From NCBI GenBank assembly GCA_902563105.1, contig CACEVU010000001.1, positions 221,649-285,648 on the forward strand: DNA of 64,000 nt, read 5' to 3'. Under the pieces are notes generated by a model, which saw nothing but the letters and a program-made list of their open reading frames with translations, did not search any database and was not told where the DNA came from. Below are positions 19,776 to 28,262 of the stretch, piece after piece. The DNA is from an uncultured SAR86 cluster bacterium. Its GTDB lineage: Bacteria > Pseudomonadota > Gammaproteobacteria > Magnimaribacterales > AG-339-G14. The position numbers and the translations under genes were made by a program. Numbering within the stretch: position 1 is the stretch's first letter; every line of letters starts with the position of its first letter.

Positions 19776-20819
19776 ATGCATTTTCAAATGCGCTCCCTTC
19801 AAATACTTTTTCTTTTAGTCTTCTCGATTTCGGCATTGGGTTCTCAGGCAATTGGCCACGCACCTATTGGAGTTATGGCCGATCATATGCATAAAAAAGG
19901 CGAATCAATGATTTCTTTGAGAGTCTCTTACATGAAAATGAAAGGCAATTCTTTAGATGGAAATTCAATCTCAGATGACGAAATTTTATTTATAGATAAT
20001 CCACATTCAAACTCACCAGCAAAACTCAGTATAGTTCCGATCGAAATGAGCATGAAAATGTTAATGCTTGGAGGTATGTATGCTCCATCTGATGACGTTA
20101 CTTTGATGTTCATGACAATGTTTACGGATAAATCCATGAATTTAAATACTTATCATGCAATGATGAGAAATAATATTGGCTCATTCAATTCATCTTCTTC
20201 AGATCTTTCTGATCTATTTTTTTCTGCATTAGTAAAAATTAACGAGCAAGATAAAAGTAGGTGGCATGCAGAGATTGGCTTAAAATTTTCTGTCGGAGAA
20301 AAGAAAGAAAAAGGCATAGTACTTACTCCCATGAATACCAATATGGAAATATTTTTGCCATATGGCATGCAATCAGGAGACGATTCCTTTGGTTTGGTTG
20401 TTGGCTTTACAAATCTTTATACATTTACTGATCAACATACTTTTGGAAATCAAATTAGGTTTTTTAGAAATATTTCATCAAAGGAATGGCATTATGGCGA
20501 TAAGACTTATTTTGATTCTTGGTACCAATATTCAGTAAGCAAAAACTTTTCTATTTCGTCGAGATTGAGACTCAATCATCAGCAGGACATTTCAGGTTTT
20601 GATTCCAATATCAAATCTCCAGTGCAGACCTCTATAACATCAAATTATGGCGGCTTTACTGCTGAAGCAGGACTAGGTTTTAATTTTCTTACCCAAATCT
20701 TTCCCGGATCTGAAGATAGACTTGCCTTAGAGATTATCAATCCAATAATCAATGAAAAAAATGGTCTCCAGATGAAAGATAAAGCCAAAATAGTATTTGG
20801 CTTTCAAAAATCTTTTTAA
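19776..20819 (+). CDS. outer-membrane beta-barrel channel, MetA-pathway/phenol-degradation transporter-like
   Basis: 347 aa. It has a signal peptide (LQILFLLVFSISALGSQA). The N-terminal HAPIGVMADHMHKKGESMISLRVSYMKMKGN is characteristic of this transporter family as I recall it. The C-terminus ends in an aromatic residue (FGFQKSF). An alternative start is ATG 19788. Confidence 0.6.
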   Translation: MHFQMRSLQILFLLVFSISALGSQAIGHAPIGVMADHMHKKGESMISLRVSYMKMKGNSLDGNSISDDEILFIDNPHSNSPAKLSIVPIEMSMKMLMLGGMYAPSDDVTLMFMTMFTDKSMNLNTYHAMMRNNIGSFNSSSSDLSDLFFSALVKINEQDKSRWHAEIGLKFSVGEKKEKGIVLTPMNTNMEIFLPYGMQSGDDSFGLVVGFTNLYTFTDQHTFGNQIRFFRNISSKEWHYGDKTYFDSWYQYSVSKNFSISSRLRLNHQQDISGFDSNIKSPVQTSITSNYGGFTAEAGLGFNFLTQIFPGSEDRLALEIINPIINEKNGLQMKDKAKIVFGFQKSF

Positions 20820-20849
20820 GTTTCTCGCTTTTAATAGTATATTCCCAGG

Positions 20850-21743
20850 ATGGCTGAATTAGTTCACCTTCAAAATACTTCAACAGCTGAAGACATCATT
20901 GAAGTTTTAAATAACGATGCTGGGGTCATTATCGATGGGCTTATTGATCAAAAAGAAGTTAATCTTTTAAATAAAGACTTAGCTCCGTACTTGAAAAATG
21001 ATGTTTTTGGTAGGGATGAATTCACTGGATTTAAAACAAAAAGAATCGGTGCCCTTATCGCAAGATCTGAGGCTTGTAGAAACTTAGCTCTACAGCCGCT
21101 TGTCAATGAAGTATCCGAAAAATACCTTTCTCCTTTTTGTGATGGCTATCAACTTCATTTCACATCTGCGGTGAGCATTGGCCCTGGAGAGAGCAAACAA
21201 ATTTTGCATCGCGATAGAGGTATCTGGGGAGGTTATTTGCCAAGAAGAATCGAACCCTTGATGAGCACTATATGGGCAGTTACCGAATTCACAAAAGAAA
21301 ATGGTGCTACTCAAATAGTTCCAGGTTCTCATTTATGGGAAAAAGATCGCATTCCAAAAGAAAATGAGATTGCTTATGCCGAAATGAAACCTGGGTCTGT
21401 TCTTTTATATACCGGAACAGTTCTTCACGGTGGAGGAGCTAATTCTTCAAAAAACGATATTAGAACCGGAGTATTTTTGCATTACGCTTTAAATTGGCTT
21501 CGACAAGAAGAGAATCAATATCTATCGTGCCCGCCAAATATTGCAAAAGATATTTCTCAAGAAGTTAGATCTCTAATTGGATATTCAAAAGGGGGATACA
21601 TTTTAGGTTTTTATTCTGATCCTAAAGATAAGAACGCAGTTTATGAATCCGTTTCACCGGAGAACATGTTTAAAGATGAGATGCTGGACAGGTTTTCTAC
21701 AATTCCGAATCCAGAAGAATTAGTTCGAAAATCAACCAAGTAA
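20850..21743 (+). CDS. phytanoyl-CoA dioxygenase (PhyH) family Fe(II)/2OG oxygenase
   Basis: 297 aa. It has LHRDRG (HxD), TQIVPGSHLW and GTVLHGGGAN. Confidence 0.8.
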   Translation: MAELVHLQNTSTAEDIIEVLNNDAGVIIDGLIDQKEVNLLNKDLAPYLKNDVFGRDEFTGFKTKRIGALIARSEACRNLALQPLVNEVSEKYLSPFCDGYQLHFTSAVSIGPGESKQILHRDRGIWGGYLPRRIEPLMSTIWAVTEFTKENGATQIVPGSHLWEKDRIPKENEIAYAEMKPGSVLLYTGTVLHGGGANSSKNDIRTGVFLHYALNWLRQEENQYLSCPPNIAKDISQEVRSLIGYSKGGYILGFYSDPKDKNAVYESVSPENMFKDEMLDRFSTIPNPEELVRKSTK

Positions 21744-21960
21744 TTTAGAAGTAGAAAACTCCAATCAAATATCCTCCATAAAAGAAAGCCACAGCATAAA
21801 AAGGGTAATCTTTGCAGAAACTCCATAGAGATTTTAAGTATTCATTGACCATTTTTGATACCTTATTCAATTAAATAATAGACAACTTTCGACTTACTTT
21901 TACTTATACGCTTATAAAAAAAATAATTTTTATTACTTATTTAAAAGAATATAAATTATT

Positions 21961-21991
21961 GCATCGTGAATTTTTTTAAAGCATAGTGAAT
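21961..21991 (+). promoter_or_regulatory. direct repeat GCATCGTGAAT / GCATAGTGAAT with 20-bp period, a candidate operator upstream of the carboxyltransferase gene
   Basis: The 11-mers at 21961-21971 and 21981-21991 match at 10 of 11 positions. They are the only GC-containing motif in an otherwise A/T-only stretch, 29-59 nt upstream of the ATG at 22020. Function is unproven. Confidence 0.3.
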
Positions 21992-22019
21992 ACATTATTT
22001 TTATTTATAAATATTCTCA

Positions 22020-23534
22020 ATGAAAGAAAGATCTGAGTTAATAGAATTGCACAAAAGATTATCTAAAACTTTAGATGAAGAAAGAAATACTGCTCGTGAA
22101 AAAAGACACGCCAAGGGGTATAGAACTGCTAGAGAAAACTTAGACGATTTGGTAGATAAAGATTCTTTCGTTGAATATGGTCAACTTGCTATTGCCGCTC
22201 AAAAAAGTAGAAGAGAGCTTGATGAGCTTAGAACCGAGACCGCAGCAGATGGAATTATTACTGGATTTGGCAAAGTAAATGGAGAAATCTTGGATGATAA
22301 AAAATCACTTTCTGCGATCATCATAAATGATTATTCAGTCCTAGCAGGAACTCAGGGTTATTATCATCATAAAAAACTAGATAGAATTTGTGAAACTGCA
22401 GAAAAACAAAATCTTCCTGTCATCATGTATACCGAAGGCGGCGGCGGCAGACCCGGTGATACAGATGTGCATGTTCAATTTGCCGGATTACAAATTCCCT
22501 CTTTTAGCAATTGGGCAAAATTAAAAGGAAAAAGTATCAGAATTGCGGTTAACAACGGATATTGTTTTGCAGGCAATGCAGCGCTATTTGGCACTGCAGA
22601 TTTTTGTATTTCAACTAAAGATTCTTGGCTAGGTATGGCTGGTCCTGCAATGATCGAAGGAGGAGGGCTAGGAAAGGTAGATCCAAAGGATATTGGTCCA
22701 GCAGAAGAACAAGAAAAACTGGGAGTAATAGATTATTTAGCTAAAAATGAAGAAGATGCAACAAGGTTTACAAAAAAACTTTTATCTTATTTTCAAGGAG
22801 AAACAAAAGAGTGGGACGTAAAAGATCAGTCGATTTTGAGAAATCTTATTCCAGAAAATAGAAGAATGGCATATTCGGTAAGAGATATTATAGAAACTTT
22901 AGCAGATAAAGATTCTTTCTTAGAATTGAGAAAAGCATATGGTCGAAGTGTCATTACAGGCTTCATGAGACTAGAAGGCAAACCAATTGCCTTAATTGCA
23001 AATGATTGTCAGCATTTAGGCGGCGCAGTAGATGCTACTTCTGCTGAAAAAGCAGGTCAATTTATATCAATTTGTAATGAACATAAAATTCCAGTTGTTT
23101 CCTTAGCAGATACACCTGGCTTTATGGTTGGGGTTGAAAGTGAAAGAGAGGGTGCAGTAAGGAAAATGGGCGGTTTATTTAATTCTGGAGCTAATATATC
23201 TGTTCCCTTAGTAGCAATTTTTTTACGCAAAGGTTACGGTTTAGGAGCTATGGCAATGGTAGGGGGTAGTTTTTATATCCCTATATTTACAGCTTCTTGG
23301 CCAACTGGAGAATTTGGCGGAATGGGCTTAGAAGGCGCAGTAAAGCTTGGCTATAAAAAAGAATTGGAGGCCATTGAAAATGAACAAGAAAGGGAAGCTC
23401 TCTATAATAAATTAGTACAGAAAATGTATGATTCTGGTAGAGCCCTGGAAGCAGCTACTCAATTAGAAATTGATGCAGTGATTGATCCAGCCGAAACAAG
23501 GTCAATTATTTTGAAGGCTTTAGAAACTTCTTAA
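22020..23534 (+). CDS. acyl-CoA carboxylase carboxyltransferase (beta) subunit
   Basis: 504 aa. It has the two-domain carboxyltransferase layout: DKDSFVEYGQLA, MYTEGGGGRPGD, then RLEGKPIALIANDCQHLGGAVD and DTPGFMVG. Confidence 0.9.
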   Translation: MKERSELIELHKRLSKTLDEERNTAREKRHAKGYRTARENLDDLVDKDSFVEYGQLAIAAQKSRRELDELRTETAADGIITGFGKVNGEILDDKKSLSAIIINDYSVLAGTQGYYHHKKLDRICETAEKQNLPVIMYTEGGGGRPGDTDVHVQFAGLQIPSFSNWAKLKGKSIRIAVNNGYCFAGNAALFGTADFCISTKDSWLGMAGPAMIEGGGLGKVDPKDIGPAEEQEKLGVIDYLAKNEEDATRFTKKLLSYFQGETKEWDVKDQSILRNLIPENRRMAYSVRDIIETLADKDSFLELRKAYGRSVITGFMRLEGKPIALIANDCQHLGGAVDATSAEKAGQFISICNEHKIPVVSLADTPGFMVGVESEREGAVRKMGGLFNSGANISVPLVAIFLRKGYGLGAMAMVGGSFYIPIFTASWPTGEFGGMGLEGAVKLGYKKELEAIENEQEREALYNKLVQKMYDSGRALEAATQLEIDAVIDPAETRSIILKALETS

Positions 23535-23544
23535 AAATCCCTTG

Positions 23545-24036
23545 TTAGGGGGTTCTCATCACTTCTGCAGAAGTACACTTATCGATTGAAGCAGATTTTA
23601 ACTTCTCAACAGCTAATTTAAGTTTTCTATATTCTGCAACTTCAGGATTTAAACCAGTTGATTTAACTCCAATAAAGCTGGTACCAGCACTTGGATCATG
23701 CATCTCTAAACCATAAGAAGCATAGCTTGTTGATCTAGACGAATTTTCAATCACTTTTTCAGCAACGCTATCAATTAACGCAGAATGTCTGATTCTTTCA
23801 GCTTGTAGCTCAGCACAACCAAGAGACGTTGCGTCTACTTCCCAATGATAGGTTTCCGCATTTGCTTGTCCTTTTCCTCCAGCATCTTCGACAAAATTGT
23901 CTAAAAGATATTTTGTTGCGACAATATTATTTTGCATAAATGGAGTACTAGAACATCCAACCAGTGCTAAAAGTGCAAAAGCTGCAATAAACTTTGAAAG
24001 TGGAGTAAATAAATACTTAAAATTAGTTAAAATCAT
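23545..24036 (-). CDS. lipoprotein, function unknown
   Basis: 163 aa. It has a signal peptide with lipobox LLALVGC. No other motif was recognised. Confidence 0.55.
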   Translation of the reverse strand: MILTNFKYLFTPLSKFIAAFALLALVGCSSTPFMQNNIVATKYLLDNFVEDAGGKGQANAETYHWEVDATSLGCAELQAERIRHSALIDSVAEKVIENSSRSTSYASYGLEMHDPSAGTSFIGVKSTGLNPEVAEYRKLKLAVEKLKSASIDKCTSAEVMRTP

Positions 24037-24149
24037 TGATAATTCTCCTAAGACACTTAATATGCCAATACAAGCGCAAGTTTAAGACCTTTGAAAAATT
24101 TAGTCAATTTTCATGAATACATAATTTAGTAATAAAAAGATCAATATAA

Positions 24150-24710
24150 ATGACAGAAAATCTTCAAAATAACTATGAAATTCTAAAATTGGGGAATCCA
24201 ATTCTTAGATTAGTCGCCAAAAAGCTCAGTAAAGAGGAAATTTTATCTCCAGAAATTCAAGATTTCATTCCAAAAATGTGGTCAGTCATGAAAGAAGCAG
24301 GTGGAATTGGTCTTGCCGCTCCTCAAATTGGAGTTTCTATACAAATGGCTGTAATAAAATTAGAAAGCGATTCTGAAAGGTACGATAATTTAGAAGATTC
24401 AGAAGAATTTGTGATATTTAATCCTGAGTTAAAAGTTATAGACAAAACAAAACAAGGTTTTTGGGAAGGATGTTTAAGTGTCCCTGGTTTAAGAGGATAT
24501 GTTGAAAGACCAAGAAAATTAAAAATATCCTACCTAGATGAAAAAGCAATAAAAAAAGAGATTATAGTTGAGGATTTTTTAGCAACGGTCTTTCAACACG
24601 AATTAGATCATTTATTTGGTTATTTATACGTTGATCGATTACATTCAACTAAAGAATTAGTGTTTGAAGATGAACTAGCAAATATTAATTCAGAGAAACT
24701 TTTAGATTGA
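24150..24710 (+). CDS. def: peptide deformylase
   Basis: 186 aa. It has the three PDF motifs GIGLAAPQIG, EGCLSVPG and QHELDHL. Confidence 0.95.
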   Translation: MTENLQNNYEILKLGNPILRLVAKKLSKEEILSPEIQDFIPKMWSVMKEAGGIGLAAPQIGVSIQMAVIKLESDSERYDNLEDSEEFVIFNPELKVIDKTKQGFWEGCLSVPGLRGYVERPRKLKISYLDEKAIKKEIIVEDFLATVFQHELDHLFGYLYVDRLHSTKELVFEDELANINSEKLLD

Positions 24711-24713
24711 ACT

Positions 24714-25253
24714 ATGTTCAAGTTGTTTCTACTATTTTTTATGTGTCTAAATATGTTGTCATTAGATATTCTTCCTGAAAAAAATATTGATTTTAATTCT
24801 TGGCGTTTTGTTAAAGACCAAGTCATGGGTGGAAAATCAGACGGATTCTTGACCTTAAATGAATCGGCTAATGAAAGTTTTGATTTTATTTCTGCAAAAG
24901 GAAACGTTTCTACAGATGGCGGTGGGTTTTTAATGTTTAGAACAAAAATTGAGCAAAGAGACTTATCTGACTTTTCTAAGATTAAGTTCAAAGCCAAAGG
25001 AAACAATGAAAAGTACTTTATACACATTAAAACAAAAGGATCTATTTTTCCTTGGGTTAGGTATCTAGCAGAATTTCAAGTTTCTGAAGAATGGAAAGAT
25101 TTTGAAATCGAATTTAAGGATTTTATTCGTTACAGTAATAAAGCCCCAAAAAGGAGAAAGCTTAATTCAAATAAAATTAATCTTATTGGTGTTGAGGCTT
25201 CTGGAAGAGATTTTAAAATGGATATTGATATCGCTTCAATTAAGCTTATTTAA
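24714..25253 (+). CDS. CIA30-domain protein with signal peptide
   Basis: 179 aa. It has a hydrophobic N-terminus MFKLFLLFFMCLNML. WRFVKDQVMGGKSDG is typical of complex I intermediate-associated protein 30-like domains. Confidence 0.6.
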   Translation: MFKLFLLFFMCLNMLSLDILPEKNIDFNSWRFVKDQVMGGKSDGFLTLNESANESFDFISAKGNVSTDGGGFLMFRTKIEQRDLSDFSKIKFKAKGNNEKYFIHIKTKGSIFPWVRYLAEFQVSEEWKDFEIEFKDFIRYSNKAPKRRKLNSNKINLIGVEASGRDFKMDIDIASIKLI

Positions 25254-25264
25254 TTCGAAAAGAA

Positions 25265-26362
25265 ATGATCACAAAAGCAGACGATTATCCTATTCATCAA
25301 CTTCCTCATCCAGTTTCAGAGGTAGGTACTGAGAGAAATTTTTATGACAGATATTTCTTTAATGGTTATTCAAAAGAAAATAATGTTTATTTTGCAGCAG
25401 TTCTCTGTCTATATCCAAACCTGAATATTATGGATGCATCTTTTACCTTAGTAGACGATGGAATTCAGCATAATATTAGGTCTTCAAGGATTCTTGGCCT
25501 TGAAAGACTTGACACTAGAGTAGGCCCAATAGAAGTAAAGGTTGTCAAACCTCTGGAAAAATTGGCTTTGGAGCTTTCAGAAAATGATTCAAATATTGTT
25601 GCAAAATTAGAATTTGAAAAAAGATTTGATCCAATGCAAGAACCCAATATGACTTTATTTAATGGTCCTAGAAAAATTATGGATACATGTAGACTTACCC
25701 AGCATGGAAATTGGTCTGGAGAGATCGAGGTAAAAGGTAAAAAAATTAAAATTAATCCTGATGAGTTTGTGGGAACCAGAGATAGATCCTGGGGAGTCAG
25801 ACCTGTAGGCTCTGGAGATAGTCAACCGATGGTCCCCTTTGAAATGCCACAATTTTACTGGCTATGGGCTCCAGTGCATTTCGAAGATTTAGCAACTCAT
25901 ATCTATTATGTAGACAATGAAAAAGGAGAGGCAAATAACTCATTCGCTAAAATTCAATATCAAGATGGCAAAGAGCAATCAAATTTTGTCTCACATTCAA
26001 AAAGTGTTATCTATAAACCTGGAACAAGACGAGTAAAGTCTTTAAATTTAAATTTAAAAACCTCTGAAGATGAGCTTTTTAAATTTGAAATAACGCCAGA
26101 GATTAATATATTCATGTGCGGATTAGGTTATATGCATCCAGATTGGGGTCATGGGCAATTTAAAGGAGAATTAGCATTTCACTATGATTTTTATGACTTG
26201 AAAGATGATCCTGAAGATCCTCCATTTCTACATGTTCAATCATTATGTAAGGTTGAATTAACTTACCCTCAAGGAAAGACTTCTGGCAGGGGAGTTTTGG
26301 AACAATTATTTCTAGGCCCTCATGAGCCTAGTGGATTTAAAGATCTCTTTGACAAGCCATAA
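25265..26362 (+). CDS. conserved hypothetical protein
   Basis: 365-aa ORF with tight coupling to its neighbours (gaps of 11 nt and 2 nt). The N-terminus DDYPIHQLPHPVSEVGTERNFYDRYFFNGY feels familiar from lipid-catabolic neighbourhoods, but I cannot name a family. Confidence 0.5.
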   Translation: MITKADDYPIHQLPHPVSEVGTERNFYDRYFFNGYSKENNVYFAAVLCLYPNLNIMDASFTLVDDGIQHNIRSSRILGLERLDTRVGPIEVKVVKPLEKLALELSENDSNIVAKLEFEKRFDPMQEPNMTLFNGPRKIMDTCRLTQHGNWSGEIEVKGKKIKINPDEFVGTRDRSWGVRPVGSGDSQPMVPFEMPQFYWLWAPVHFEDLATHIYYVDNEKGEANNSFAKIQYQDGKEQSNFVSHSKSVIYKPGTRRVKSLNLNLKTSEDELFKFEITPEINIFMCGLGYMHPDWGHGQFKGELAFHYDFYDLKDDPEDPPFLHVQSLCKVELTYPQGKTSGRGVLEQLFLGPHEPSGFKDLFDKP

Positions 26363-26364
26363 TC

Positions 26365-27435
26365 ATGCCAATTTCTTCTGAGAAAAACTTTCAAAAAAAG
26401 TTATCTATTTTTGAAAACTGGATAAGCCAAAAGGACAGGTATAGGGGTAAGGACATAAAAATTTTTCCTCATAAATCTTCAGAGGCGAGCGGTTTTTCTA
26501 ATGAAACCTTTTCCTGCAGAATTGAGGGTAAAGATTTACATGAGGACATTGTTTTAAGATTAAAACCAACAGGCTTTCAGGTTTTTCCAGAATATGATTT
26601 AGGCTTACAAGTTGAAATTATGACTCAACTTAGAAGATTCAATCTTCCTGTGCCTGAAATTTTATTTGCAGAACTTAATGAAGATATTATTGGAGCTGAA
26701 TTTTATGTAATGAAGTATGTTGGTGGGGAGGCTCCTTCAGATAACCCTCCATATCATATGGATCCAGATGGGATGATGGGGAAGGCGTCTTCTAAAGAAA
26801 TTAAATCTGTCTGGCTTGGTTGGCTCAATAATTTGATTTTAGTTCATAAACTAGATTTTAATAAATTAGACTTATCTTTAATTGAAAAAAGAAGAGAAGA
26901 AGACAACCATTTAATGTATGACTTAAAATATTATCAATCTTTTATGGATTGGGCCATGGATGGAGAAAAAAATCCATTTTTAGAAGATGTTTTTAATTGG
27001 CTAAAAGACAAAATTCCAGAAGATTCAAATTCTAGAAAACTATGCTGGGGAGACTCAAGGATTGGAAACGTACTTTTCGAAAATTTCAAGGTAAAGGCTC
27101 TATTAGACTGGGAAATGGCTACTATAGGAGACCCTCTTTCAGATTTAGCTTGGGGACTTACGACAGATGACGCAAGTAGTTATGGTCTTAATATAAAAAA
27201 ATTATCAGGATCTATTTCTAATGATGAAGCTATCAAGATATGGGAAAAAGCAACTGGTTTCTCTGCCCACAATTTTAATTACTATAGAATTCTTTGTCTT
27301 TTTAAATTTTCAGTCATAATGATTAGAGTCGCAAAAAAATTAATCAAAAATGAAATAATGCCTCTAGATAGTGATTTTCACATTAATAATCATATTTCAA
27401 ATTATTTAAAAAAAGAGTTTTATGAAATTAGTTAA
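26365..27435 (+). CDS. APH-fold phosphotransferase, ACAD10/11-N-terminal-like / LvaA-like
   Basis: 356 aa. The catalytic loop is LCWGDSRIGNVLF. The metal-binding segment is LLDWEMATIGDPLSDLAW. Confidence 0.8.
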   Translation: MPISSEKNFQKKLSIFENWISQKDRYRGKDIKIFPHKSSEASGFSNETFSCRIEGKDLHEDIVLRLKPTGFQVFPEYDLGLQVEIMTQLRRFNLPVPEILFAELNEDIIGAEFYVMKYVGGEAPSDNPPYHMDPDGMMGKASSKEIKSVWLGWLNNLILVHKLDFNKLDLSLIEKRREEDNHLMYDLKYYQSFMDWAMDGEKNPFLEDVFNWLKDKIPEDSNSRKLCWGDSRIGNVLFENFKVKALLDWEMATIGDPLSDLAWGLTTDDASSYGLNIKKLSGSISNDEAIKIWEKATGFSAHNFNYYRILCLFKFSVIMIRVAKKLIKNEIMPLDSDFHINNHISNYLKKEFYEIS

Positions 27436-27805
27436 GGTAGAAAAAGACTTTAGTTGTTCTGCAGATGCTTTGTGGGAACTTTTTTCAGATGTCACAAGAT
27501 CAGATTGGGTACCCTTTGCAAAAAATATCTTATTAAAAGATGACATAAGAACTTTTGTAATGGACGGTGTTGGAGAAATAAAAGAAAAAATTATTGAAAT
27601 GAATCAAGAGAAACGAACGCTTTCTTATAGCGTCATTCAATCTCCTGCTCCCTTGAATCATCACTTAGCAAAAATAACAGTTTTGGAAAGTAATCATTCA
27701 TCTAGACTTATTTGGACTTCTGAAGTCGAACCAGATGAATTTGCGCAATTAATAAAAGATGGCATGGAATCTTCTATTGAAGAAATAAAAAAGATAGTTG
27801 AATAA
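27422..27805 (+). CDS. SRPBCC-superfamily (polyketide cyclase/START-like) protein
   Basis: 127 aa. ADALWELFSDVTRSDWVP ... LIWTSEVEP is typical of SRPBCC small proteins. It overlaps the kinase gene by 14 nt. Confidence 0.5.
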   Translation: MKLVKVEKDFSCSADALWELFSDVTRSDWVPFAKNILLKDDIRTFVMDGVGEIKEKIIEMNQEKRTLSYSVIQSPAPLNHHLAKITVLESNHSSRLIWTSEVEPDEFAQLIKDGMESSIEEIKKIVE

Positions 27806-28262
27806 CCAACAAGAGAAAGATATTTTTTTTATGAGTTTGGCTTTGGAAGAAGCTGGTTTAGCTTTTGAAAAGCAAGAGGTGCCTGTTGGAGCTGTCTTAG
27901 TAAAAAATGGAGAAATTATCTCTCGATCTCATAATCAATCAATAAGTAAAAACGATCCTTCTGCGCATGCGGAAATGAATGTTCTTAGAGATGCTGGAAA
28001 AAAATTGGGAAACTATAGACTTAATGACTGTCAACTTTATATTACATTAGAACCTTGTTTAATGTGTTTTGGGGCATGTGTGCATGCTCGAATTGAAAGA
28101 ATTATTTTTGGAGCAGAAGATTCTAAGTCTGGAGTAATAAAAAATAATTTACTTTTAGAAAATGAAAAGTTTTTTAATCATAAATTATCGATTACGAGTG
28201 GAATTTTAGAAAGCGAAAGCTCTAAATTACTAAAGACTTTTTTTCAAGAAAGAAGGTCTTAG
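27798..28262 (+). CDS. tadA: tRNA adenosine(34) deaminase
   Basis: 154 aa. It has VPVGAVLV, HAEMNVLRDA and PCLMCFGA (zinc ligands). The start is TTG 27798, which keeps the conserved DIFFM..AL..A N-region, or alternatively ATG 27831. Confidence 0.9.
   Translation: MNNQQEKDIFFMSLALEEAGLAFEKQEVPVGAVLVKNGEIISRSHNQSISKNDPSAHAEMNVLRDAGKKLGNYRLNDCQLYITLEPCLMCFGACVHARIERIIFGAEDSKSGVIKNNLLLENEKFFNHKLSITSGILESESSKLLKTFFQERRS

Noticed and set aside
21641-21826. A 61-aa minus-strand ORF starting in the long spacer (MEFLQRLPFLCCGFLLW...).
   Set aside because: Its last 100 nt overlap the 3' end of the PhyH gene. It has no SD, and the hydrophobic start is explained by A/T-rich codons. I consider it spurious, although the spacer itself is reported as a finding.
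23539-23550. A small hairpin, CCCT-TGTT-AGGG, between the convergent carboxyltransferase and lipoprotein genes, considered as a bidirectional terminator.
   Set aside because: The stem is only 4 bp, there is no U-tract, and it overlaps the lipoprotein stop codon. That is too weak to call.
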